Source of the DNA: Malacoraja senta
Lineage: Eukaryota
Length of the DNA: 64,000 nucleotides
Assembly: GCA_038087875.1 (NCBI GenBank)
Contig: CM075982.1
Coordinates: forward strand, 13,082,001 to 13,146,000
Reading direction: 5' to 3'
Position numbers and translations under genes: made by a program. Under the pieces are notes generated by a model. The model saw only the letters and a list, made by a program, of their open reading frames with translations. It searched no databases and was not told the DNA's origin. Positions 25,410 through 38,325 of this stretch are shown in pieces. Numbering within the stretch: position 1 is the stretch's first letter; every line of letters begins with the position of its first letter.

Positions 25410-26952
25410 GGCAGCACAGTGGTGCAGCGGTAGAGTTGCTGGCTTACAACGCCAAGGACCTGGGTTTGATTCTGACTACGGGTGCTGTCTGCATGGAGTT
25501 TGTACGTTCTCCCCGTGACTGCATATGTTTCCTCTGGGTAGATAGATAGAATCTTTATTTGCCACATGACCAAGGTTGGTGGTATTTGGGTTCGGTACAT
25601 GATGGTACGCTGCTTTATTCACATTAACACTAATAACAACACAAATCATAATAATAAAGTGCATCCATACCACATCACAAATCACAAATCTCACCAAATA
25701 TACAGAGTGTAAAAGAACAGACAAAAACCATAGACAAGACACTGTATACATCAAAAGTCAAAAAGTTATTGGAGGGAATTAGGTGTTCTTATTGCTGAGG
25801 GGAAGAAACTGTTTTTAAAGCGGGTGGATTTTGTAGCAAGTGACCTAAGGCGCCTCCCTGAAGGGAGAGACTGGAAAAGGTGGTTTGCTGGATGGGAGGG
25901 GTCCGAGATGATTTTTGTTGCCCGTTTTGAGGTACGTTGGAGGTAAATGGAGTGGATTGAGGGGAGGGGAGAGTTGATGATCCTAGAGGCCTTGGAGACA
26001 ATGCGCTGTATTCTGTGTAGTGAATGACTGTCAGTGTTTCCGTACCTGACTGTGATTGAGGAGGTGATGATGCTTTCAATGATGGATTGATAGAAACGGA
26101 CCAGGAGGTGTTTGTGGACTCTGAACTTTTTGAGCTGTCTGAGGAAGTATAGGCGTTGTTGTCCTTTCTTGATGATGTGGTCTGCATTGATGTTCCATTT
26201 TAGATTATTGCAGATATAGGTGCCCAGAAACTTAAATGAGTTCGTGGAGGTTATGGGATGGGAGTTGACATGGACCGGGGGTTTGAGGTTTTGTTTGCGT
26301 CTGAAATCTATGATGATTTCTAAGGTTTTTGAGGTGTTAAGCTGGAGGTCTGCGCACCATTTGACTGCGCTGTCGACTGTTTGATGGTATTGTGATTCGT
26401 TGTTGTCTGAGATGAGGCCAATTATTGTTGTGTCGTCTGCATATTTAAAAATTTTAACTGAGCTGCATTGGGATGTGAGGTTGTTGGTGTAAAGTGAGAA
26501 GAGCTGAGGTGACAGAACGCACCCTTGAGGGGCTCCTGTATTGAGAGTCAGAGGGCTGGAGAGTTTTTCACCCACCTTGACTCTTTGCTGTCTGTTTGTT
26601 AGGAAATGCAAAATCCAATGGCACATGGCTAGGTGAATGCCCATGTCCAACAGTTTATTGCTCCGGTTTCCTCCCAGTTTCCAAAGACATGTGGATTTGT
26701 AGGTTGATTAAGGTCATATGGTCATATGGAATAGGAGTAGAATTAGGCCATTTGGCCCATCAAGTCTACTCTGCCATTTAATCATGGCTGATATATCTCT
26801 CCCTCTTAACCCTATTCTCCTGCCTTTGGCCTCTGCAAATTGTTCCTAGTGTGTAGGATAGAACTAGTGGATGGGTGATCTCTGCTCGGTGCAGACTCGG
26901 TGGGTGGAAGGGCCTGTTTCCATGCTGTATCTCTAAACTAAACTAAACTAAA
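25410..26952 (+). mobile_element. V-SINE interrupted by a Rex1-type LINE and a CR1 tail
   Basis: SINE head at 25410-25539 resumes at about 26659 (tgctccggtttcctccc), is interrupted again by a minus-strand CR1 tail (about 26712-26825) and ends in (CTAAA)n at 26933-26952. Confidence 0.85.
25540..26658 (-). mobile_element. 5'-truncated Rex1/Babar-type LINE with uninterrupted RT C-terminal ORF
   Basis: ORF 25766-26650 (294 aa): TGAPQGCVLSP, YADD, KFLG, QQRLYFLRQLKKF, HPANHLF, LPSGRR, RFKNSFFP; 3' AATAAA and (TCTA)n tail. Confidence 0.92.
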
Positions 26953-27419
26953 AGCACCACTGAGTCGAGGATGCCAACTAGAGCCCTTGTGCCTGTAGCC
27001 TGCAGGTTTTGTTGGAGAAGGGGATCCCTGAGCTTGTTCCCTGATTGAACAATCCTAGTAAGGCTGCCCTGCCAGAGAATGTAAGTGAGGCTATGATCCT
27101 TGCGTATTAAATAATTAAAGCAGTAAATTAAAGTTTACAGGCTTGAAATTTCCTTTCCAGCACACCACTAAAATACTGCTTCACAGCGGAGGTTCTAATC
27201 AGGAAATCCATTGCTGGTGAATCATGGAGTCTTGGAACAGGCTCAAGATTCCACCATGCCCATGTCATCTATCAGACGCCTATCTGCACAGCATCTCACT
27301 TTTTCTCTCGCATTCCCATCAATTTCTCCCTCGTCAATTCTCCTGCGCCCTCTTACCCACCACCCCCATGTCCTCCACACTCCTCCACCACCCCCCCCCC
27401 CATCCTCCCAAACCTTACA

Positions 27420-27610
27420 TTAGGATCAATAGGGCTATTAGCTATTATCACATTTTTACATGAGGAAACCAAGAATGCACAGGGGAAAGCCACGCTTTCT
27501 CAGCGAGAATGTGAAAATTCCCCCACAGATGGCACCCGAGATCAGCATTGAACGTGGGTCTCTGGAATGGCAAGGGAGCAGTGCTAACTACTGGGTCACC
27601 TATGTGCCTC
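27420..27610 (-). mobile_element. Old SINE 5' portion
   Basis: Degenerate tRNA-like head on the minus strand (plus strand: gcattgaacgtgggtctctgg...gcagtgctaactactg). Confidence 0.55.
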
Positions 27611-28944
27611 TGCTGCAAATGTATCAACCGTCTTCAATGCGCTCACCGAAATAAACCAATTGCCGTCTGCAGAAGGAAATTATTTTGTAACAGACTCAGT
27701 TTCCATGATCCTTTGAGTTTAATCATCCTGTCCCTTCAACGTTTGCAAAATTCTCACCCTGCATCCATTTATACTGCCCTTTAATCTTCTTTTCAAGAAG
27801 AATAGGTTTAACTTCCACGGTGGCTTTCCTTGCTGGGTGATATATAACCTCGAATGAATCTCACGTCCTCTCAATTCAATCCAAGCCTGGGAAGAAAAAA
27901 ATCACTGTGCCGAAACAGCATCTGTTGTAAAATAAACGTATTGGACCATCGAACATGGCAGCTCAGCTATGCAGTTCTTATTTATTCTTGTCTGCACCAG
28001 GGCCCAAGCTGATAAGGCGATCCTGTCCCTTAAACACCCAGAAGATAAGAATATAAAAATACTATAGGGGGCAGATAAAGGGGGCAAGCTTGAAGGAGCC
28101 TGTAATCCTTTCATGAATCAATTTAGCATGTCTACCTTCTTACAGTATTTTCCATCTCAATCCCCTCCTTCAACAGTTGCCCGTCTGTTTTTGTCAGCAG
28201 TCTCAATGACCTTTCCTTATAACATACATCAGGAATGAACAGTAAAGATTCACCTTAGCACTAAACGTTGCAGTTTAATCTTGTTTCACAGTGCCATGCA
28301 ACATCAGTCGTTCTTCTAATACTGCACTCTGCATCCTTATTGTCCGTGGCACATAGAACTTCAAGTGAGATTCTAAGCGGCAAGTTATGCCAGAATTTAC
28401 ATCCGATGTCCCTCCACCTCCCCCCCCCCCCCCCTCCCCATTCTTCTGGTGGCGGGAGATCCAAAATATCTGTCCGGTTTTATTGGCAAACTTGGAATAT
28501 CTACAGCAGCAAGGAGAAATCAGCAGGTATAATCACGAGGTACGGAATGCATGGACACACATCATGCGTTGCAACTTCATGCGTCTGTCTAATCTTCATG
28601 CTTGCCCATCAGGCAATGAATTAAGAACAAGCAACTTTTCGTCATTTTAATATGACTCTTGTCGATGATAGAATAATACATTTAAAGAAGAAATAAATAG
28701 ACGGCACGTTTCAGTGAGCAGAAACAAAGACAAATTGCTTTAAAAATGCCAGATATGCTCGGTTCCCAATGTGTTATTTTGCACACATTTTTATTCAGTG
28801 TATGTACAGGAAAATTGTGTTTCCTTTACCAAACGATCAGAACTATTACATGATCTATTATGCACCTGTATACTGGTGGCCCCTCAGGTATGTGAACATT
28901 TTACTTAGATATTCAGGCTTCACACCCTCACTGAACAGCCTTCT

Positions 28945-29650
28945 CAAGCTTCTGGTTACTCGTCATTTAAATTCTCCTTCCCACTCCCACACTGACCTGA
29001 CTGTGCTCAGCCTTCTCCATTGCTGCTAACATACATTGGAAAGGTGACACATCATATTTCCACTTGCGTAGCTTAAACCCCAATGGTAGAATGCTTACAT
29101 ATGTCGGGGTTGCTGCAGAATGAGCGGTCTGAAGAAGGGTCATGACCTGAAACGTCACCCATTCCTTCTCTCCAGAGATGCTGCCTGTACCGCTGAGTAA
29201 CTCCAGCTTTTTGTGCCTATCTTTGGTTACATCAAACCGGTATGAACATCAAACATTGAATTTTCCAGTATCAGGTAACTCACCCCTTCAGTGCTCTCCT
29301 CCGATAAACACTCATCTATCCACCATCTTCTCCCTTTGTTCATCCCTTCCACCCCTTCTCCTCACCTGATTTCATCTTCCAGCATCCTCTTCCCAACTGC
29401 CTCCACCTACCCCTCTCTGTCCCACCCAACCTCCCCAGCTGGTCCCACCTGCCGCTCATCCCCCTCACAGCCCTCATTTGGTTCCACCTATTACCTCCCA
29501 GCCTCTGTCCCACCACCATTTGTGGTGCTATACACTGGCGATCTATCCTGTTCCCTCTCAGTCCTAAAGCAGGGTCTCGACCCAAAGCCTCAACTTCTAG
29601 ATTTTACTTTCACAGATGCCAATTGAGCCGTTGAGTTCTTCCAGTTCCAT
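28945..29650 (+). mobile_element. Decayed Penelope-like 3' end with nested younger hammerhead-bearing unit (about 29126-29230)
   Basis: HLNSPSHSHTDLTVLSLLHC matches the GIY-YIG C-terminus at 58803-59050; motif ctgaagaagggtcatgacctgaaacgtc at 29129-29156. Confidence 0.75.
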
Positions 29651-30329
29651 TTTTCTTTTTTTGATTTTTTATTGATGATGCAAACTCAGGTAAATATAAA
29701 AAGGTCACCTACAAAACACTCTCTATTGAAGGCAGTAAGGCCTCAACTCTCTATGATTTCCGATATAGAAAATTATCAAGTCACACCACACGCTGCACAG
29801 TTATTAAAGTTAGACTTATAAATTGCTACTCTGCTACCCCTTTAAACAAATAATAAATGTATTCATCCTTCAAGTATTTACAATGTTAATGGATGGTATA
29901 TTTATCTTGTTACACATAAGAAATTATGCATTTGACTATTTATTTTCAGAGCAATATATATAGAATTAAAAACTTAACTAATCATTAATTTATTCAGTCT
30001 CTTCGTCTTCTCATCGACAAACTTTAGTCTTAAGTAACACTTCACATTTCTGAAGGGTCCACTCGAATCTCTGATAATTTCAGTGGATCGCTTCTACAGA
30101 TAGGCTCCATACACATCCAGATTCATATCTTGCTCCTGAGTTGTTGCTCCAACATAATTATCTTCATAATTATGCATAACCATGAACACACGTTCCAAAC
30201 ACCAACTGTTAACTGCAACACAAACTAATAACTCAGCAACTACTGTAGTAATTGCAGTTATACATCGTGTTTGGTATGGAACTACTGTAAATACCTTGCA
30301 TTCATTCACAACAAAAGACATAAAGTATT

Positions 30330-30550
30330 GAAGGTAGATAAAAATGCTGGAGAAACTCAGCGGGTGAGGCAGCATCTATGGAGCGAAGGAAAAGGTGACT
30401 TTTCAGGTCGAGACCCTTCTTCAGACTGATGGCACCCTCGACCCGAAACGTCACCTATTCCTTCGCTCCATAGATGCTGCCTCACCCGCTGAGTTTCTCC
30501 AGCATTTTTGTCAACCTTCGATTTTTCCAGCATCTGCAGTTCTTTCTTAA
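30330..30550. mobile_element. Palindromic Penelope-derived element
   Basis: Near-perfect inverted arms of about 80 bp (gaaggtagataaaaatgctgg...ggtcgag and ctcgaccc...tttttgtcaaccttc). Confidence 0.85.
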
Positions 30551-30554
30551 ACAA

Positions 30555-31030
30555 CGAAGTAGCTCAGCAGTTCGGGCAGCATCTCTGGAGAACACGGATA
30601 GGTGACATTTCGGGTCGGGACCCTTCTTCAGACTAATTGTAGGGGAGGGGGGGATAGAAAGCTGGAAGAGAAAAGGGGAGTAATAGGGAGTCATCTGGCG
30701 AGTAATAGGTGGATGTAGGTGAGGGGGGTTTTGATAGGCAGTTTGTTGGACAAAGGCCAGAGAAGAAACGGCAAAAGGTGTGAGGTAAGGATGGAGGAAG
30801 TGACAATTGTGAAGCCAGAGGAAGGAATAGTGGAAGGGGAGGGGGAGGGTAAAAATGAGTCTGTCAAACTCCCCCACTCCTGTATCCACCTGGAAAGGCC
30901 CGATCTCTCTTCCAGCATTCTCCCCCACCACCACAAACAGTCTGAAGAAAGCTCTCGACCTCAAAAGTCACCTATTCATGCTCTCCAGAGATACTGCCTG
31001 ACCCCAGCATTTTGTGTCCTTTTTTGTAAA
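30555..31030. mobile_element. Penelope-derived element with inverted terminal arms and purine-rich interior
   Basis: Minus-strand hammerhead-type motif at about 30601-30633, purine-rich 3'UTR-like interior, plus-strand degenerate motif at about 30939-30972. Confidence 0.75.
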
Positions 31031-31797
31031 TCACCATTAAAGTAATGCCCACATGCCATGTATGAAGAAAGTCAGGGGCGTCACCAACACATTAAAGGAG
31101 CCGGTGAAGAATTCTCTGCAAACCCCAGTTTCTAACATTTGGCTCTTTTATCTGCTTCGGGGCTGGAAGCATTTTAATTAGAAAACCTTCAAGGAGTAGA
31201 TCATCTCGGTTACAGTGGGGGGTCTGGTTATAGAAGCCAGGAGCCTTTTTAAGAAGCTGCCAGAATCTGTCGACAACCATCTGCTCAAACCTCTGACAAA
31301 AATTTCTCCTTGATTGAATAGACTATTCATTTACAAATATTAATCACAAATCAAAATATGCAAGAGGAGGAGTGAGGCAGCAATTTCTGCTCACAGTGAA
31401 TATAATTGCATGTTGCTTAATATAGAATAATGTGTGGAATGGGATGAAAATGCACACTAATTTACTGTTTATAAATATCAACGGTTAGAGAAATGTGCAT
31501 TGTGGTAAAAGATGCATTAAAAGGTATTATTTATTCATTGGCAAACTGCGACACGGTCCCCAAACTCATAGATGTGCCTGTCATTGTCCTGCCTAGAAAA
31601 TTAAGTAAATAGAAAGGAGTCTCTGACATCTCCTGCTTGTCGTCAAAGAGTAAGAGTGGGTGTGGGAGGTGCCTGACTAGCCTGCCTTCTGTGTGGAAGC
31701 ACATGTAACACCCTAAAGCATCTGTGAAACAGCCAAGGACAAAATAATCTAAACAGATATTTATATTAGTTTAGTTTAGAGGTAAACAGGCACTTTA

Positions 31798-32058
31798 GCC
31801 TCTCTCTCCCTCTCTCCCCCCTCCCTCTCCACCTCTCTCTCTGTCTCCACATCTCTCTCTCTCTCTCTCTCTCTCCACCTTTCCCCACCTCTCTCTCTCC
31901 ACCCCCCTCTCTCTCTATCCACCCCATCTCTCTCTGTCTCCACACACTCTCTCCCTTTCTCTCCATCTTTCTCTCTCTCTTTCTACCCCTCTTCACTATC
32001 TCTCTCCACCCCCTCTCCACCTCTATCTCTCACTTTCTCTCTCTCTCTCAACCCCTCC

Positions 32059-32115
<57 letters not shown>

Positions 32116-32137
32116 TCTCCACCACTCTCCCCTCCCT
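31798..32137. repeat. (CT)n-rich polypyrimidine tract / microsatellite
   Basis: About 340 bp almost entirely C/T, including a pure (CT)n run at 32061-32110. Confidence 0.95.
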
Positions 32138-33750
32138 ATGTTTGTCATTTCCTATCCTTCACAATTCATTCCTGTTAGCATCAATACCTGTCTCATTCCC
32201 TTCTTCCTTGAAGCCAGATACAATAGATTCCAGCCTTTGCTGTTGTGACCCTCACAGTACAAGGCACTCCAGGAGAAGTCTGACATGCACTTTGCAGAGG
32301 ATTACAGGAGACTTTGAATTTCATTATCATTGGGTGATACATCCTGATCTATTGTTAATTTTTATTTATTCACCTTTGTCATATTACAGACATTTGGCCA
32401 AGGCAACGCAAATATATTTTTACGGTTGAAAGATCTTGCACTGACAGTCCGTGCTTGATTTGTCTTCTTGATATTTATGAGCTTCCAGGGTACTTCCAGC
32501 ATCTTCTGTGTTTTTGTTCTGAGTTACCTTGTACTCATTCCATCTCAATGATTTTGTATTTATGACGCACATTATTATGTCAGATATTGGTATTAAATTC
32601 GAACATGTCCATCCGATTGAAAAAAGATGCAAATCTCTTCTCAAGTCCTGAGCTACATTCTGCGGATCACAGCCATTCCAATCTTGGTGCAATTCACAAA
32701 GTTTCATAATTGTGCTTTTTGAATTCAGAAACCAGGTCAATGATGTAAATGAGAACTGGAGGTTTCAGCAAAGGCCTCTGTGGAATTGCATACAAGACCT
32801 CTCCCTCACACTCTCTGTTTCCTAATTTCTCATCCAATAACATGCTGTACCCTCAATTCCCAGGGCCTTCAGTTTAATTATAAGTCTTTCATGCAAAAAG
32901 ACTTTGGAAAGTCTGAATTACACTTTGTCAAAGGGAATTTGACAGTCCTCTTCATCTGTAACATGCACCGCATCATTTGGCTTCTGCAAGCGGGAATTTT
33001 AGTAAGAAAGACTAAATGTTCACAATTTATGTAGCATTTACCATGTCACTCAGTGTGACTCAGAAAGCTTTACATTTGGGACATGTGATTAACAACGTTC
33101 TCTTCAAAAGGAATACTGCTTTTTGTGGACTAATTTCCGCACAGCCTCACTTCCTAAAGCTCTTCAGAACTGCTTCCATTACTTTTCCAGGTGAGGAGTT
33201 CAGTTTAATATATATATATATATATATATATAAGTGCCCCAAACTCTCCCCATTTGCACATTGGTATCAGAGATGATAGGGAGATTTGCAATAGTAATTG
33301 GATCTATGGAAAGGAAACAATTAATGTCCCCTCATCAGAACTAAGAAAGATGGAAAACAACATGGTCTAGGTAGTTGAGAAGATGGGGAACAGTGATGGG
33401 TGCACTAGCGGGAATCTCTCTGATAGGGTGAGGCAATTAAGCATCATTGATGGTCTGTGATGGTTTTCTAATGTTTACCCTGGCTGATCATTTGACAGCA
33501 CTGGGCCTCTATTCGCTGGAGTTTAGAAGGTTGAGGGGGGACCTCATTGAAGCTTACAGAATAATGAAAGGCGAAGATAGAGTGGATGTGGAGAGGATGT
33601 TTCCACTGGTGGGAGAGTCTAGGACCAGAGGTCATAGCCTCAGAATTAAAGGGCTCTCTTTTAGAAAGGAGGTGAGGAGGAACTTTGTTAGTCAGAGGGT
33701 AGTTAATCTGTGGAACTCATTGCTACGTTCCATTCAAGTTTCATATAAGT

Positions 33751-33832
33751 GAGGAAGCCGCTGATTGGTGGAAGAGGACTAAGAGGAAGCAGCTGATTGG
33801 TGGAAGAGGACTAAGAGGAAGCAGCTGATTGG
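33751..33832 (+). promoter_or_regulatory. CR1 5'UTR tandem 32-bp monomers (about 2.5 copies), putative internal promoter
   Basis: gaggaagc(c/a)gctgattggtggaagaggactaa at 33751, 33783 and 33815 (partial); each has ATTGG (inverted CCAAT) and two have the E-box CAGCTG. Function is inferred. Confidence 0.5.
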
Positions 33833-33893
33833 GAGTCAGATCCTTGCTGATTTCCTCCACCAGTTTGTATTGTATCCAGGGTAAGGGGGGAGA

Positions 33894-34830
33894 ATGAGGG
33901 CCAGGGCAGTTTACTGTTCTGGATGTCAGATGTGGGAGGTCATGGAATCTGATACCCCTCCAGACGTCCACATCTGTGCCAGGTGCGTCGAGATGGGGTT
34001 CCTAAGGGACCGTGTTAGGAACCTGGAGCAGCAGCTCGATGACCTCTGTCTGATCAGGGAGAGTGAGGAGGTCATAGAAAGGAGTTATAGGGAGGTGGCC
34101 ACTCCAAGACCACGGGAGGCAGAAAACTGGGTCACGGTTAGGAAGGGCAAGGGGCAGAGGCAGGGACTAGTGAGTACCCCGGTGGCTGTACACCTTGAAA
34201 ATAAGTACTCCTGTTTGAGTACTGTTGGGGGGGGACAGCCTTCCTGGGGGTAGCGACAGCAGGCGGGCCTCCGGCACAGAGACCGGCCCTATTGCTCAGA
34301 AGGGTAGGGAAAAGAAGAGGAGGGCAGTAGTAATAGGGGACTCTATGATTAGGGGGTTGGATAGGCGATTCTGTGGACGCAGTCAGGAGACCCGGATGGT
34401 AGTTTGCCTCCCTGGTGCCAGGGTCAGGGATGTGTCTGAACGCGTCCAAGATATCCTGAAATCGGAGGGAGTGGAGCCTGAGGTTGTGGTACATATAGGT
34501 ACCAATGACATAGGCAGAAAAAGAGAAGAGGTCCTGAAAGGAGAATTTAGGGAGTTGGGAGGAGAGTTAAGGAGAAGGACCGCAAAGGTAACAATCTCAG
34601 GATTACTACCTGTGCCACGCGACAGTGAGAGTAGGAATGGAATGAGGTGGAGGATAAATGTGTGGCTGAGCAACTGGTGCAGCAGGCAGGGATTCAAATT
34701 TCTGGATCATTGGGACCTCTTTTGGGGAAGGTGTGACCTGTACAGAAAGGACGGGTTGCACTTGAACCCGAGGGGGACCAATATTCTGGCGGGGAGATTT
34801 GCAAAGGCTACTGGGAAGACTTTAAACTAG
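33894..34830 (+). pseudogene. CR1 ORF1: zinc finger/coiled coil plus SGNH-type esterase, one frameshift
   Basis: CSGC...CARC followed by a heptad helix (33894-34253); GDS, PGA, GTND and DGLH blocks (34225-34830); frame change at the G8 run 34227-34234. Confidence 0.88.
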
Positions 34831-34835
34831 AACGG

Positions 34836-37765
34836 TTGGGGGGAGGGACTCAAATAGAGAAAGCTAGTAGAAAATGTGGGAGGCAGGAGGCAGAGAAGGG
34901 AAGTACTCGGACCCAAAATGTAGGGGAGAAAGAAGAAAAAGATAATAAACAGAGAATAAGTGGTGGTGGGTTTCTTAAATGTGTATATTTTAATGCTAGG
35001 AGCATTGTAAGAAAGGTGGATGAGCTTAGAGCCTGGATTAACACCTGGAAGTATGATGTTGTGGCGATCAGTGAAACATGGTTGCAGGAGGGCTGTGATT
35101 GGAAACTAAATATTCCAGGATTTCGTTGCTTCAGGGGTGATAGAATTGGAGGGGCAAGAGGTGGGGGTGTTGCATTGCTTGTCAAGGAAGATATTACAGC
35201 AGTGCTTTGGCAGGATATATTAGAGGGCTTGTCTAGGGAGGCTATTTGGGTGGAACTGAGAAATGGGAAAGGTGTAGCAACACTTCTTATAGACCGCCAA
35301 ATGGGGAGCGAGAATTGGAAGAGCAAATATGTAAGGAGATAGCAGATATTAGTAGTAAGCACAAGGTAGTGATTGTGGGAGATTTCAATTTTCCACACAT
35401 AGACTGGGAAACACATTCTGTAAAAGGGCTGGATGGTTTGGAGTTTGTAAAATGTGTGCAGGATAGTTTTTTGCAGCAATACATAGAGGTACCTACTAGA
35501 GAAGGGGCAGTGCTGGACCTCCTGTTAGGAAATGAGACAGGGCAGCTGGCGGAGGTATGCGTTGGGGAGCACTTCGGGTCCAGTGATCACAATACCATTA
35601 GTTTCAATATAATTATGGAGAGGGTCAGAACTGGACCTAGGGTTGAGATTTTTGATTGGAGAAAGGCTAACTTTGAGTAGATGCGAAAGGATTTAAAAGG
35701 AGTGAATTGGGATGTTGTTTTATGGGAAGGATGTAGAAGAGAAATGGAGGACATTTAAAGGTGAAATTTTAAGAGTACAGAATCTTTATGTCCCTGTTCG
35801 GTTGAAAGGAAATAGTAAAAATTGGAAAGAGCCATGGTTTTCAAGGTAAATTGGACACGGTTCAGAAAAAGAGAGAGATCTACAATAATTATAGGCAGCA
35901 TGGAGTAAATGAGGTGCTTGAGGAGTATAAAGAATGTTAAAAGAATATTAAGAAAGAAATTAGAAAAGCTAAAAGAAGATATGAGGTTGCTTTGGCAAGT
36001 AAGGTGAAAGTAAATCCAAAGGGTTTCTGCAGCTATATTAATAGCAAAAGGATAACAAGGAATAAAATTGGTCCATTAGAGAGTCAGAGTGGACAGATAT
36101 CTGCAGAGCCAAAAGAGATGGGGGAGATATTGAACAATTTCTTTTCTTCGGTATTCACCAAGGAGAAGGATATGGAATTATGTGAGGTAAGGGAAACAAG
36201 CAGAGTGGCAATGGAAACTATGAGATTCAAAGAAGAGGAGGTGCGGACACTTTTGAAAAATATGAAAACGGATAAGTCTCCAGGTCATGACAGGATATTC
36301 CCTAGGACATTGAGGGAAGTTAGTGTAGAAATAGCAGGGGCTATGACAGAAATATTTCAAATGTCATTAGAAACGGGTATAGTGCCGGAGGATTGGCGTA
36401 CTGCGCATGTTGTTCCGTTGTTTAAAGAGGGTTCTAAGAGTAAACCTAGCAATTATAGACCTGTTTGTTTGACGTCAGTGGTGGGCAAATTAATGGAAAG
36501 GATACTTAAAGATAATATATATAAGCATCTGGATAAGCAGGGTCTGATTAGGAACAGTCAACATGGATTTGTGCCTGGAAGGTCATGTTTGACTAATCTT
36601 CTTGAATTTTTCGAAGAGGTTACTAGGGAAATTGATGAGGGTAAAGCAGTGGATGTTGTCTATATGGACTTCAGTAAGGCCTTTGACAAGGTTCCGCATG
36701 GAAAGTTGGTTAAGAAGATTCAATTGTTGGTTATTAATGGTGGAGTAGCAAGATGGATTCAACAGTGGCTGAATGGGAGATGCCAGAGAGTAATGGTGGA
36801 TGGCTGTTTGTCAGGTTGGAGGCCGGTGACTAGTGGGGTGCCTCAGGGGTCTGTGTTGGGTCCACTGTTGTTTGTCATGTACATCAATGATCTGGATGAT
36901 GGTGTGGAAAATTGGATTAGTAAGTATGCAGATGATACTAAGATAGGTGGTGTTGTGAATAATGAAGTAGATTTTCAAAGTCTACAGAGAGATTTAGGCC
37001 ATTTGGAAGAGTGGGCTGAAAGATGGCAGATGGAGTTTAATGCTGATAAATGTGAGGTGCTACATCTCGGCAGGACAAATCAAAATAGGACGTACATGGT
37101 AAATGGTAGCGAATTGAGGAATGCAGTTGAACAGAGGGATCTAGGAATAACTGCATAGTTCCCTGAAGGTGGAATCTCATGTAGATAGGGTGGTAAAGAA
37201 AGCTTTTGGTGTGCTGGCCTTTATAAATCAGAGCATTGAATATAGAAGTTGGGATGCAATGTTAAAATTGTACAAGGCATTGGTGAGGCCAATTCTGGAG
37301 TGTGGAGTACAATTTTGGTCGTCTAATTATAGGAAGGATGTCAACAAAATAGAGAGAGTACAGAGGAGATTTACTAGAATGTTGCCTGGGTTTCAGCAAC
37401 TAAGTTACAGAGAAAGGTTGAACAAGTTAGGTCTTTATTCTTTGGAGCGCAGAAGGATAAGAGGGGACTTGATAGAGGTCTTTAAAATTATGAGCGGGTT
37501 AGACAGAGTTGACGTGGATAAGCTTTTCCCATTGAGAGTAGGGAAGATTCAAACAAGGGGACATGACTTGAGAATTAAGGGCCAGAAGCTTAGGGGTAAC
37601 ATTAGGGGGAACTTCTTTACTCAGAGAGTGGTAGCTGTATGGAATGAGCTTCCAGTGGAAGTGGTGGAGGCAGGTTCGATTTTATCCTTTAAAAATAGAT
37701 TGGATGGGTATATGGACGGGAAAGGAATGGAGGGTTATGGTCTGAGTGCAGGTAGATGGGACTAG
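34836..37765 (+). pseudogene. CR1 ORF2: apurinic-type endonuclease plus reverse transcriptase, with frameshifts and stops
   Basis: APE motifs (NARS, ISETWL, GGGVALLV, YRPP, GDFN, LDLLL, SDH); RT motifs (NYRPV, DFSKAFD, GVPQGSVLGP, YADD); broken into ORFs starting at 34836, 35246, 35992 and 37169, with a stop at 35678-35680. Confidence 0.93.
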
Positions 37766-38174
37766 GGGGAAGTTAATTTAAAAAAAAGTGTTCGGCACGG
37801 ACTTGAAGGGCCGAGATGGCCTGTTTCCGTGCTGTAATGGTTATATGGTTATATGGTTATAGAGGCCTATGGAGGCCACGTCAGTGGGTATTTTTAAGGC
37901 AGAGATAGACAAATTCGTGATTAGAACAGGTTTCAAGGGTTAAGGGGAGAAGGCAGGAAAATGTGATTAGGAGGCAGAGATCAGCCTTGATTGAATGGTG
38001 GAGTAGGCTCGATGGGCCAAATGGCTTAATTCTACTCCTATCACTTGTGAACTTGAACTTGTGGAATCCCCAGATCTTAGGGTCAAAATAATAGATCAAC
38101 CATTCAGGTTGGAGAAGAGAAGTAATTCTTTTTCACAGACAGCGCATTGAATCTATGGAACACATTACTCAAGA

Positions 38175-38325
38175 CCGACAGGTATATTGGTTAATTGGCT
38201 TGGTATAAGTGTAAAATTGTCCCTAGTGTGTATAAGATAGCGTTAATGTGCGGGGATTGCTGGTCGGTGCGGACTCGGTGGGCTGAAGGGCCAGTTTCCG
38301 TGCTCTATCTCTGTATATCTGTATC
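38175..38325 (+). mobile_element. V-SINE 3' half, within decayed CR1 sequence (about 38060-38690)
   Basis: ggttaattggcttggtataagtgtaaaattgtccctagtgtg ... gggctgaagggccagtttcc. Confidence 0.7.

Larger units (their letters stand above)
33724..37860 (+). mobile_element. Near full-length CR1 LINE (about 4.1 kb), disabled
   Basis: 5'UTR with 32-bp repeats, ORF1, ORF2 (APE + RT), 3'UTR and (ATATGGTT)n tail at 37836-37860. Confidence 0.95.
33483..38055 (+). mobile_element. Older CR1 3' fragment split by the full-length CR1
   Basis: 33483-33723 (LTALGLYSLEFRRLRGDL...VNLWNSL) continues at 37861-38055 (gaggcctatggaggcc...aattctactccta). Confidence 0.85.

Noticed and set aside
31766-32020. Arg/Glu-rich ORF
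   Set aside because: Translation of the (GA)n strand of a microsatellite.
34850-35479. Long antisense ORFs over LINE and Penelope sequence (e.g. 1619-1999, 19025-19486, 34850-35479, 58869-59411)
   Set aside because: Shadow frames of retroelement ORFs with no independent protein signature.
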